From Candidatus Parcubacteria bacterium (GTDB lineage: Bacteria > Patescibacteriota > Minisyncoccia > Phycocordibacterales > UBA918), in the NCBI GenBank assembly GCA_021767645.1, contig JAASSY010000003.1:1-39999 (forward strand): a DNA stretch of 39,999 nucleotides. The letters are read 5' to 3'. How positions within the stretch are numbered: the first letter of the stretch is position 1; the number at the start of each line of letters is the position of its first letter. Below are positions 8,371-17,393 of the stretch, in pieces. Position numbers and translations under genes: made by a program. Below the pieces are notes generated by a model, which did no database searches, had not been told where the DNA came from, and saw only the letters and a list, made by a program, of their open reading frames with translations.

Positions 8371-8769
8371 CTATTGAGCCGCGTTCAACTCGTTATCGAT
8401 GGTAGTTAGTTCAGCGTCGAGATTGTCTAGGTCGGTACTCTCTAGATCAGCGGCGATAGTGTCTAGGTTGGTAGAGTTACTCATGGCATTCATGGTGGCT
8501 ACCTCAGCTTCAGCATTTGTACTCTCAGGTTCGTTGTTTTCAGCAGCTGTCGGTCGGTTGTTGTTATCGGGGGTAGGGACTGTATCTGGTGTCGTGAAGG
8601 TGGTACTCCAGAGGTAGAGTCCCGCTAAAATGAGTATAAGCACAATGATGAGAACACCGAGGAGGGCTGTCAGGTGGGTATCATTGGTTGGTTTGGTCGA
8701 GGCACTGTCGGGTATTTTCAGCTCATCGTCACTGATAACAGGTTCTTGTGGTTTGTTTTCTGGAGACAT
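8371..8769 (-). CDS. Hypothetical single-TM membrane protein
   Basis: One strong TM segment (LLGVLIIVLILILAGLYLW), T/P/N-rich linker, acidic helical C-terminus. Confidence 0.8.
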   Translation of the reverse strand: MSPENKPQEPVISDDELKIPDSASTKPTNDTHLTALLGVLIIVLILILAGLYLWSTTFTTPDTVPTPDNNNRPTAAENNEPESTNAEAEVATMNAMSNSTNLDTIAADLESTDLDNLDAELTTIDNELNAAQ

Positions 8770-8771
8770 AG

Positions 8772-9383
8772 TTAGGGTGTTGGGTTATTAGGTAAAGTAG
8801 TGGTGCTTGGCTGCGCACTAGAGGTTGGACGGTTACCAGCCGCAGCTCTTTGGGCGTTTTGCACAGCTGCCCGTAAGGCAGTGCGAGCTGCTACGATATT
8901 TTCACGACTAGCGATGTAGTTGTCTCGTACCGAGGGCCAAACTGTCCGAGGCTGTTCACTGCTAACAAATGCGTTTACCGCTTGATCGATCGAACTAAGT
9001 TCGTTGCGAGCTTGGTTTAATAGAGTAAAAGTCTGACTTAGTTCCAGGTTAGCTGCAGCTGTATCGACACCATCGTCTGCCAAGAGAAAGAGGCGCTCTT
9101 CAAGACGGTCGGCAATGTTTTCCAGGCGGGCAATGGCAGCTTCCATGCGATTTGAGACGTTGGCAGCTAAGTTGCGCAACCGTTCTTGTTGGCGGTCATT
9201 GAGTGCGGCTTGGTTGCGGTCCTGGTTTGCGATGGCCGCTGCGGGTGCAGGCTGGTTAGTTTGCGCGCGAGTTTCGCTGGGTGACGTAGTTGGTCCTTGA
9301 GCATTAGCTACATAGGCAATGCACGTAAAAATTAACATGACGAACAAGGCTACTGTAGTGAATGACGTACGAATACTATTCAT
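8772..9383 (-). CDS. Hypothetical secreted coiled-coil protein
   Basis: Signal-peptide-like N-terminus (..YVANA-Q), long Ala/Arg/Glu helical region; 2 nt from the next gene. Confidence 0.8.
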   Translation of the reverse strand: MNSIRTSFTTVALFVMLIFTCIAYVANAQGPTTSPSETRAQTNQPAPAAAIANQDRNQAALNDRQQERLRNLAANVSNRMEAAIARLENIADRLEERLFLLADDGVDTAAANLELSQTFTLLNQARNELSSIDQAVNAFVSSEQPRTVWPSVRDNYIASRENIVAARTALRAAVQNAQRAAAGNRPTSSAQPSTTTLPNNPTP

Positions 9384-9561
9384 AATGTAAATAAAGTGTA
9401 TCGTTACCAGTAACACACGGAATACCTCCGGTTGTCTCTAGTATAGCTTGCTCTTACGGCAACAATGCGACTAGTGCACAGGTAGTTGTTTCCGCGGTAT
9501 ATTTTAGTAGCATGAGCACTGCGCGTGCTATAATCGCGCCGTTAACCCAAAATTATTGATT

Positions 9562-10092
9562 ATGACTGACTACAATAAACTGTATACTCCCGGTGACACC
9601 AATGCCGGTATGGCAACAACGGTCGTTGAGATCCCGAAAGGGTCGATGCTCAAGGTGGAGTATAATCGTGATAAAGGCACGTTTGAACTTGACCGAGTCG
9701 AGCCAGAAATTTTTGCGAAACCAACGAACTATGGCTTTATTCCGGGTACACTTGATGAGGATGGTGACGAGCTCGACACTCTCATCATGTGTCCAGAGAC
9801 GTTACCACTTGGTGTGGTGGTGGAAGCTCGGATCATTGGTGTCCTCAATTTTGAAGACGATGGAGAAATGGACCACAAAATCATTTGTGTGCCAGCTGAT
9901 GAGCGAGACAGTGGTGACTCAATCACTTCACTCGAGGACTTGCCAGAGCAATGGAAGCGTAAAGTGGAGTATCACTTCAACACCTACAAAGACCTTAAGA
10001 AGCCAGGTACTACGAAAGTTCTCGGCTACGGCGACGTAGAAGACGCCAAGCGAGTCATTACGGAGTGTATCGAGCGCTATCAGAACCAGTAA
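9562..10092 (+). CDS. ppa: Inorganic pyrophosphatase, family I
   Basis: VEIPKGS..K.EY, LDR, NYGFIPGTL..DGDELD, D.K, F..YKDL. Confidence 0.95.
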   Translation: MTDYNKLYTPGDTNAGMATTVVEIPKGSMLKVEYNRDKGTFELDRVEPEIFAKPTNYGFIPGTLDEDGDELDTLIMCPETLPLGVVVEARIIGVLNFEDDGEMDHKIICVPADERDSGDSITSLEDLPEQWKRKVEYHFNTYKDLKKPGTTKVLGYGDVEDAKRVITECIERYQNQ

Positions 10093-10115
10093 GGAGCAGA
10101 TTGTTTTGCTAACAC

Positions 10116-10152
10116 AACGACACCGCGCGCCCTTCGGGCGCGCGGTGTCGTT
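10116..10152. terminator. Bidirectional terminator
   Basis: AACGACACCGCGCGCCC-TTC-GGGCGCGCGGTGTCGTT between convergent ppa and nusA. Confidence 0.9.
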
Positions 10153-10195
10153 TCGTATGAACATACCACGGTATGTTCATTGGTTAGTGTGTCGA

Positions 10196-11674
10196 CTAGT
10201 CTTTCTTTTCAGCGTCTTGGGTATTGGCTTCAGTGATCTCTTCGAGCACTTCATCTTCGGAGGCGCCAGGTCCAGCGTCTTCAGCTTCGTGCATGAGGTC
10301 TTCAGCTTCTTCTGGAGTATCGACTTCGTCGATCTCGTGCACCTGAGCCTCGTCGGTGACGTCACGATCGCTCGTTTCTTCGTCTTCTTCCGGGAGTTCT
10401 GGCTTAGTGGTGGTACCAGTTTCATTGTCCATCATGTCGACGTCTTGGCCAACTTCGGTTGTCGCTGGGGCAGTAATATCGACTGAACCATCGGCGTCAG
10501 CTTCGGCCAGCTCTTCACCGCCGACAGAGACGATATCAATTTTCCAACCAGTTAATTTAGCGGCGAGGCGAACATTTTGTCCACCACGACCAATCGCTAA
10601 TGATTGCTGGTCAGGAGCTACTTCGACAATCGCGTGGCCGCGGTTATCGTCAGCCTCTTCGTCATCGGTTGGCTCGCTTTCAATGGTAACCGAAAGCACT
10701 TGCGCGGGTGAGAGAGCATCTTCGATAAAGTTTTCTGGTTCTTCACTCCACTCAATAATGTCAATCTTCTCACCACCGAGTTCGCTCATGACAGTCGAGA
10801 CACGCACGCCGCGTTGCCCGACGAGTGAACCAACTGGATCAAGGTGTGGGTCAGTCGCCCAGACAGCGATTTTGCTGCGTGAACCAGCCTCGCGAGCGAT
10901 TGCTTTGACTTCCACGGTACCGTTTTGTAATTCGGGAGCTTCAACGGCAAATAGTTCTTCGAGGAAGTCTGCGTGAGCACGCGAGAGCTTGAGGAAGATG
11001 CCGCGAGCAGTTTCGTCTACCTTAAGTAGTACCGCTCGAATACGTTCACCCGGACGAAACCGTTCACCAGGGATCTGTTCCTCGTACGGCATTACGGCGG
11101 TTACTCGGCCGAGATCAACGTAGAGGTTGCCTCGTTCAAAGCGCTGTACCTGTCCGACTACGAGGTCACCTTCTTTCTGGCCAAATTCTGCCAAGGCTGA
11201 CTCTTTTTCCGCTTCTCGTACTTTCTGGATGATGACTTGTTTCGCAGTCTGAGCGGCAATCCGACCGAAGTCATCTTTGGCTTCCAGGGGAAACACCAGT
11301 TCTTCACCCAGTTCCACATCTTTTTTGATGAGACGAGCGTTCTCAAGCATAATGTGTTTTTCGGGATCAAAACGGACGAGTTGCTCGTCGGACTCGTCGG
11401 CTGCTTCGGGAGTTGTTTCAGCTTCGGGTTCTTCACCTTCTGCTAGTTCTGGTTTTAGCATCGATTCGTCAACCACTAATTTTATCTGGTTGAAGACAGT
11501 GGTGCCTGTTTCCATATCAAATTCAGCTCGGATAATTTGTCCGCGCTTGCCGAACTCTTTTTTGTACGCAGTGGCGAGTGATTGTGCGATAGCATCAATC
11601 ATCTTTTCTCGCGCTATTCCGCGTTCGTTTTCCATTTCCTCCAGAACGGAGTTGATTACTTTAAGGTCAAACAT
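10196..11674 (-). CDS. nusA: Transcription termination/antitermination factor NusA
   Basis: FGRIAAQTAKQVIIQKVREAE, S1 domain, AREAGSRSKIAV, GEKIDII, SLAIGRGGQNVRLAAKLTGWKIDI; long acidic tail. Confidence 0.98.
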   Translation of the reverse strand: MFDLKVINSVLEEMENERGIAREKMIDAIAQSLATAYKKEFGKRGQIIRAEFDMETGTTVFNQIKLVVDESMLKPELAEGEEPEAETTPEAADESDEQLVRFDPEKHIMLENARLIKKDVELGEELVFPLEAKDDFGRIAAQTAKQVIIQKVREAEKESALAEFGQKEGDLVVGQVQRFERGNLYVDLGRVTAVMPYEEQIPGERFRPGERIRAVLLKVDETARGIFLKLSRAHADFLEELFAVEAPELQNGTVEVKAIAREAGSRSKIAVWATDPHLDPVGSLVGQRGVRVSTVMSELGGEKIDIIEWSEEPENFIEDALSPAQVLSVTIESEPTDDEEADDNRGHAIVEVAPDQQSLAIGRGGQNVRLAAKLTGWKIDIVSVGGEELAEADADGSVDITAPATTEVGQDVDMMDNETGTTTKPELPEEDEETSDRDVTDEAQVHEIDEVDTPEEAEDLMHEAEDAGPGASEDEVLEEITEANTQDAEKKD

Positions 11675-11898
11675 GCCGATTTTAAAGGAGTGTCACGACT
11701 ATAAAAATTATGGCGGCGCACATTTGCTATTCTTGAGGTAAATGTGCGTCACTCGACGTTTGTGATACCACGAGGGTGGTGATCATACTAGTCGTAACGC
11801 TCACGGTTAGGTTTCTTATATATGAAGGGTATTCCCTCTTTTTGTAACGTACAGATAGGGAGAGCGCGCCCAAGGGCGCGCTCGTATCTGACACTTAT

Positions 11899-11927
11899 AC
11901 TGTATGTCAGTTGTCACTGTTTGTCAA
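11899..11927 (-). promoter_or_regulatory. Sigma70-type promoter for nusA
   Basis: Minus strand TTGACA-N17-TACAGT, about 220 nt upstream of the nusA ATG. Confidence 0.65.
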
Positions 11928-12025
11928 AAGTGGCTACTGAGCTTGATACCTGGGTATAGGCAGTATTTGTGTCGGTCTGTCGCTGCTATACTAAAGGTAA
12001 CGAGTAGGGGTACTCGAACTGTACT

Positions 12026-13774
12026 ATGCGTATTCAAGACGATCAATTACGGCGTTTTGTGCTTGATGCTGGGCTGGTAACCAAGAGTGACTTGGCTGCT
12101 GCCGAGGAAACAGCCAAAGAAGAAAAACGCACGTTAGCGGAAGCACTGATTGCCGGTGGGCATATGAGTGAGGACGATTTGCGTCGGGTTGAGTCGTATG
12201 TGCTCGGTATTCCCTTTGTCTCTCTTAAAGAAGAAAAAATTGAATTTGACGTGCTGTCGCTCATTCCGGAGCCGGTAGCTCGTAATCACAATATCGTAGC
12301 GTTTAAAAAAGATGAGTCGAGTTTGCAAGTAGCCATGCTTGATACAGCAGACTTGCCAGCCATTGATTTTATTAAGAAAAAAACTGGATTGCGTATTTTG
12401 CCACGTCTGACTGACACTGACTCAATGCGCTCAGCTCTCCAGCAGTACCAAAAGACACTGAAAGATGAGTTTGGTGACATTATTTCCAAAGAGAGTTCAG
12501 CTCTCAAAGTGATTGAAGAAGGGGCTGATGACGTCACTGAGGATGAACTGAAAAAAGCGGCTGAAGAGCTACCGGTGGTACGAATTGTTGACACTCTCTT
12601 GCGACACGCCATCATCCAAGGTGCTTCAGATATTCATATTGAACCAATGGAAACGGAGTTGATTGTGCGCTATCGAGTGGATGGTATTTTGCACGACGCT
12701 ATGACGCTCCCAGCGCACGCAGCGTCGAGTATTTCAGCCCGTATCAAGGTCTTGTCAGATCTCAAGCTTGATGAAAAACGACTACCTCAAGACGGACGCT
12801 TTAAGATGGAGATGGATGGCCAAAAGGTTTCGTTTCGTGTGTCAGTTCTACCGATTTTCTACGGGGAAAAAATTGTGATGCGACTTTTGCGTGAGAATCG
12901 TTCTGGCTTTACGCTCGAAGGGATTGGTTTTCACGGTGAGACCGCTGAGCGAGTACAGGAAGCGATGCGACAAAAAACCGGCATTATTCTTGTTACGGGT
13001 CCGACCGGTTCGGGTAAAACGACCACGCTCTACACCATCCTCGACTTACTCAACACGCCGGAGGTTAACATCTCGACAATCGAAGACCCGATTGAATACC
13101 AAATGCCGCGGATTAACCAGACGCAGGTGAAGCCAAGTATTGGTTTTACGTTTGCTAACGGCTTGCGGGCGCTGATGCGTCAGGACCCCGATATTATTAT
13201 GGTGGGTGAGATTCGTGACCAAGAGACTGCCAGCCTAGCAATTAACGCAGCTTTGACTGGTCACCTGGTGCTGGCGACAGTGCACACTAATAGTGCTGCT
13301 GGCACGATCCCTCGCTTGCTGGATATGGGGGTTGAACCATTTCTACTGACATCAACACTACGGGTGGCGATTGGGCAGCGCTTGGTTCGTCGTCTAGAGG
13401 GGGCTGAGGTGGAACAACACGTTCTTACCAGTACCGAAAAAAATAAGCTGGGCAAGAAAGCTGACCTCGACGCCATTCTTGATACACTCAAGGACGAGAA
13501 GGTGGTAAAAAGTTCTGCTACTTGGAACGGGATACCGTTCAAGCGTCCACAAGAAGGTTCGTCTGATGACCAGTACAGCGGTCGAACCGGTATTCACGAA
13601 GTGTTGCCCATTAGTGACACGATCAAGCAAATGATCATGGAAGACAAAACAGCTGATGAGATTGAAGATCAAGCGAAAAAGGAGGGGATGTTGACCATGC
13701 TTGAAGACGGTATTTATAAGGCAGCACGTGGTGCAACCTCAGTGGAAGAGGTGTTGCGCGTGATTAACGAATAA
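12026..13774 (+). CDS. pilB: Type IV pilus assembly ATPase (PilB/GspE family)
   Basis: ASDIHIEP, RLPQDGR, Walker A GPTGSGKTTT, TIEDPIEY, RQDPDIIMVGEIRD, TGHLVLATVHTN. Confidence 0.95.
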   Translation: MRIQDDQLRRFVLDAGLVTKSDLAAAEETAKEEKRTLAEALIAGGHMSEDDLRRVESYVLGIPFVSLKEEKIEFDVLSLIPEPVARNHNIVAFKKDESSLQVAMLDTADLPAIDFIKKKTGLRILPRLTDTDSMRSALQQYQKTLKDEFGDIISKESSALKVIEEGADDVTEDELKKAAEELPVVRIVDTLLRHAIIQGASDIHIEPMETELIVRYRVDGILHDAMTLPAHAASSISARIKVLSDLKLDEKRLPQDGRFKMEMDGQKVSFRVSVLPIFYGEKIVMRLLRENRSGFTLEGIGFHGETAERVQEAMRQKTGIILVTGPTGSGKTTTLYTILDLLNTPEVNISTIEDPIEYQMPRINQTQVKPSIGFTFANGLRALMRQDPDIIMVGEIRDQETASLAINAALTGHLVLATVHTNSAAGTIPRLLDMGVEPFLLTSTLRVAIGQRLVRRLEGAEVEQHVLTSTEKNKLGKKADLDAILDTLKDEKVVKSSATWNGIPFKRPQEGSSDDQYSGRTGIHEVLPISDTIKQMIMEDKTADEIEDQAKKEGMLTMLEDGIYKAARGATSVEEVLRVINE

Positions 13775-13776
13775 CC

Positions 13777-15006
13777 ATGGCTACGTTTACATATATAGGT
13801 AAAGATGAAGCTGGTAAGTCGGTAACGAAAACAATTCAAGCCGACGATCGGTTTGCTGTCTATGAAATAGCTCGTCAAAATGGGCACACTGTAGAGACGA
13901 TTGAGACTACGAAACGTTTCTCATTCAACGGACTAGTGAATGTTGAAGCTATTAATATTGCTATAAGCCGGGTTAAAGATGATGAGCTGGTAATGATGAC
14001 CCGGAACCTCGGTTCAATGCTTGAAGCGGGTCTGCCACTATCACGTGCCTTGTCCGTGGTGGAGCGACAGAGTAAGAATCCGCGTTTGCAAAACATCACC
14101 AAGACGCTCGTTGCTGACATCAATAAAGGTGAAGCTTTTTATACTGCTTTACAAAAGTACCCGAAAACGTTCAGCGATCTGTACGTCGCTATGGTACAGG
14201 CTGGTGAAGAGAGTGGTGGTATGGCGACTGCCCTCGGTACACTCAGTACCCAAATGCAGCGATCATCTTCACTCAAAAAGAAAATTAAGGGTGCTATGAT
14301 CTACCCAGCGATTGTGGTTACCGTACTCGTTATTATCGGTATTCTGATGATGATCTACGTCATGCCGTCGATTACTGATACGTTTAAGAGTCTTGAAGTA
14401 GAATTACCGGGTACTACGCAAGCACTGATGACTATTAGTGACTTTATGGTGGCAAACACTGTACTGGTGATCGTAGGGCTGATCGCAGCGGTGGTTGGTT
14501 TTATGTACAGTTTGCGTACAAAGTACGGTAAAATCGCGTCCTCGTGGGTAATTCCAAAACTACCAGTGATTGGTACGATGGCCAAGGAAACTAATGCAGC
14601 TCGCACTGCCCGTACTCTTTCGTCGCTTTTGTCGGCTGGAGTAGATGTCATCCGCTCGCTTGAAATCACAGAGGAAGTGGTACAAAACTACTTTTACAAA
14701 CAGATAATTGCCGAAGCACGCACTCGCGTTGAGAAAGGTGAGCCACTCTCCGAACTATTTATTGAGCGTGATGACTTGTATCCAGTGCTCGTGGGGGAAA
14801 TGATATCAGTTGGTGAGGAGACTGGTAATATTTCAAATATGCTGGAGGAGCTGGCGGTATTTTATGAAGGTGAAGTGGAACAAAAAACTAAAGACCTCTC
14901 AACCATTATTGAACCGGTACTGATGGTGGTGATTGGCGGTACGGTTGGCTTCTTTGCCCTCGCGATGATTGCTCCTATTTACTCGATTACCGATAGTATG
15001 GGGTAA
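13777..15006 (+). CDS. pilC: Type IV pilus inner-membrane platform protein (PilC/GspF family)
   Basis: AGLPL..AL, AGEESG, AMIYP, VGEETG, IEPVLMVVIG; two GspF repeats; adjacent to pilB. Confidence 0.95.
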   Translation: MATFTYIGKDEAGKSVTKTIQADDRFAVYEIARQNGHTVETIETTKRFSFNGLVNVEAINIAISRVKDDELVMMTRNLGSMLEAGLPLSRALSVVERQSKNPRLQNITKTLVADINKGEAFYTALQKYPKTFSDLYVAMVQAGEESGGMATALGTLSTQMQRSSSLKKKIKGAMIYPAIVVTVLVIIGILMMIYVMPSITDTFKSLEVELPGTTQALMTISDFMVANTVLVIVGLIAAVVGFMYSLRTKYGKIASSWVIPKLPVIGTMAKETNAARTARTLSSLLSAGVDVIRSLEITEEVVQNYFYKQIIAEARTRVEKGEPLSELFIERDDLYPVLVGEMISVGEETGNISNMLEELAVFYEGEVEQKTKDLSTIIEPVLMVVIGGTVGFFALAMIAPIYSITDSMG

Positions 15007-15017
15007 GCCCATTGTGT

Positions 15018-16763
15018 ATGGTTCGACAGCAACAGCAACAGCAACAGGGCTTCACGCTTGTCGAGGTTATTATAGCCAGTGCGATTACCGTGGTGTTATT
15101 TGGTGCGTTGCTCTATGGGACGCAGGCAATGATTAAATTAGTGGTAGCAACTCGAGCACAGACGACGGCTACAACGGTTGCGATGAGCCAGATGGAGTAT
15201 ATACGATCGTTCACTTACGATGAGGTGGGAACGATTGGCGGTATCGTCCCTGGACCAATTCCACAAAATAGCACGACGACCGAAAATGGTGTTACCTACG
15301 CAGTGCGCACTTCGGTTCGGTTGGTGGACGACCCAGCTGATGGCTTTGCCGGTGCTGATAGTAACAGTATTACAGCCGATTATAAGAAGGTACGAGTAGA
15401 AGTGTCTTGGGATGTGGCTGGTGTAGCTGACACAGTTTCGTTTTCTTCAAATGTCGTACCCCCGGGTATGGAAACACTCTCGGGCGCCGGTACTATCAAA
15501 GTGAATGTGTTTGACGCCGCTGTGCAGCCGGTGGCCGGGGCTGGCGTTCGTTTTGTAAACAATGTTGCCACGAGCGCTATTGATACCGTGTATTACACTA
15601 ATCCAGAAGGTGTCGTATATTTACCAGGTGCGCCAGCGGTGCCAGGATACAACATAGATGTTTCACTGAGCGGTTATTCTAGGGACGGCACCTACGTTGC
15701 TAGCAGCACCAACCCGAATCCAACCACCCTACCAGTGGCTGTATCAGAGGGACTTATTTCGACCATGAATTTCCAGATTGATCGATTGAGTACACTGCAG
15801 CTACAAGCCCAAGAGAGTCCAACATTTGCCGGTCTTAATGATTCTTTTGCGACGGGAAGTAACATTAGCCAATTGGCGTCTACCACCTTGACCAGTGGCA
15901 ACATTGTTTTAGAGCAAACCGCCGGAGTGTATGAGCCGGCTGGCGAGGTGTGGAGCACGTCTACTGGTGCACTGTCACTGCAAAATTGGCACTCTGCTAG
16001 CGTGGTCGCCAGTACGACTGCAGGGACGGATGTACGTTTTCGCGTTACCGAGCCAGACGGTAGTGGTGGCATGCAATTGGTGTCAGACAGTGTGTTGCCT
16101 GGTAATAGCACCGGTTTTATTAATGTGGTTGATTTGCGTGACGTGAGTACCAGTACGCACCCAGCGCTCGGGTTGATGGCCGAACTGACGACTACTCAGG
16201 CTACGCAAACACCCGAGCTCTTAGAGTGGTCAGTTGTTGGTGTGGTAGCCAACAATCCAGTGAGCGGTGTTGATTTCGCGCTTACGGGAGCAAAAACGAT
16301 TGGCACCGATGACTCTGGACAGCCAGTGTACAAGCAGCGGTATACTGGTACCACGGATGCGGATGGTATGTGGCTTGAACCAGCCGTTGAGTTTGATCAA
16401 TATACGTTGGAATTACTATCTGGTTCGTATGATGTCTACGAACAGTGTCCCGCTTCACCATTTGCTATCGACCCCGACGAAACAGCTCCTGTAACAGTGA
16501 CGTTGGGGCCACCAACTGCGCAGCAACTACTGGTTAGTGTCACAGAAGCAGACGGAACACCGATCCCAGGGGCCGTTGTGCGGTTACAAAACACCGGTGT
16601 CGATGAAGAAGCGTACACATCGTTGTGTGGGCAGGTATACTTCGGCTCGGGGTTATATGCAGATGATGATTACCAGTTGACCGTATCAGCCGCTGGTTTT
16701 GGCGATAAAACGTTCGCCAGTACGACTGTACATGCGTCAGCCACGTTCCCGGTGACGTTTTAA
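15018..16763 (+). CDS. Large pilin-like protein with Ig/carboxypeptidase-regulatory-like beta domains
   Basis: Class III signal QG|FTLVE plus hydrophobic helix; repeated V.V....PV.GA.V beta-sandwich motifs. Confidence 0.85.
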   Translation: MVRQQQQQQQGFTLVEVIIASAITVVLFGALLYGTQAMIKLVVATRAQTTATTVAMSQMEYIRSFTYDEVGTIGGIVPGPIPQNSTTTENGVTYAVRTSVRLVDDPADGFAGADSNSITADYKKVRVEVSWDVAGVADTVSFSSNVVPPGMETLSGAGTIKVNVFDAAVQPVAGAGVRFVNNVATSAIDTVYYTNPEGVVYLPGAPAVPGYNIDVSLSGYSRDGTYVASSTNPNPTTLPVAVSEGLISTMNFQIDRLSTLQLQAQESPTFAGLNDSFATGSNISQLASTTLTSGNIVLEQTAGVYEPAGEVWSTSTGALSLQNWHSASVVASTTAGTDVRFRVTEPDGSGGMQLVSDSVLPGNSTGFINVVDLRDVSTSTHPALGLMAELTTTQATQTPELLEWSVVGVVANNPVSGVDFALTGAKTIGTDDSGQPVYKQRYTGTTDADGMWLEPAVEFDQYTLELLSGSYDVYEQCPASPFAIDPDETAPVTVTLGPPTAQQLLVSVTEADGTPIPGAVVRLQNTGVDEEAYTSLCGQVYFGSGLYADDDYQLTVSAAGFGDKTFASTTVHASATFPVTF

Positions 16764-16778
16764 TATCATTCGTATCAT

Positions 16779-17393
16779 ATGTTTACCAAACACCAGACAC
16801 GCCTAGCCGGGATGACGCTCATCGAGATGTTGGTGGCTATCAGTATTTTCTCGGTCTTAATGTTTGTGGTGATGTACACCATCTCACAACTCTACCGTTC
16901 AACTGACTATGCTATTAATCAGGCGTACGAGGTGTATGAAGCACGAAATGGTATGGAACAATTGGTGCGCGATCTGCGTGAAGCTACCTTCGCGGACGAC
17001 GGGACGTTCCCGCTGGCCGTTATCGAGACGGACTTAGTAGGTTTCTATAGTGATATCGATCGCGATCTCAGTGTGGAGTATGTCGAGTACGAACAAACAG
17101 GAACGAATTTTTATAAACGTATTTATAATGCTACTAATACTATCCCTGCCTACGACACGTCATCACCTGACGTCGAGCAGCTGGTGTCTGATTATGTGCA
17201 AAACTCAACACTCGGTACGTCAACGTTCTTTTACTATGATGATAGCGGCAATCCGGTAACGGCCAGCGGAAATATTACCGATGTACGCTATATTGAAGTA
17301 CAGATTGCGATTAATATCGACCCCGTAGCGCAACCAGATAATTTTGTGCTGCAAAATGGCGTTGCTCTTCGTAATATTATGAATACACCATGA
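16779..17393 (+). CDS. Minor pilin (PilW/PulJ-like)
   Basis: Class III signal AG|MTLIEMLVAI; L.RDLREA motif. Confidence 0.88.
   Translation: MFTKHQTRLAGMTLIEMLVAISIFSVLMFVVMYTISQLYRSTDYAINQAYEVYEARNGMEQLVRDLREATFADDGTFPLAVIETDLVGFYSDIDRDLSVEYVEYEQTGTNFYKRIYNATNTIPAYDTSSPDVEQLVSDYVQNSTLGTSTFFYYDDSGNPVTASGNITDVRYIEVQIAINIDPVAQPDNFVLQNGVALRNIMNTP

Noticed and set aside
15027-15047. Phase-variation tract in the pilin leader
   Set aside because: The repeat unit is 6 bp, so slippage keeps the frame and cannot switch the gene on or off.
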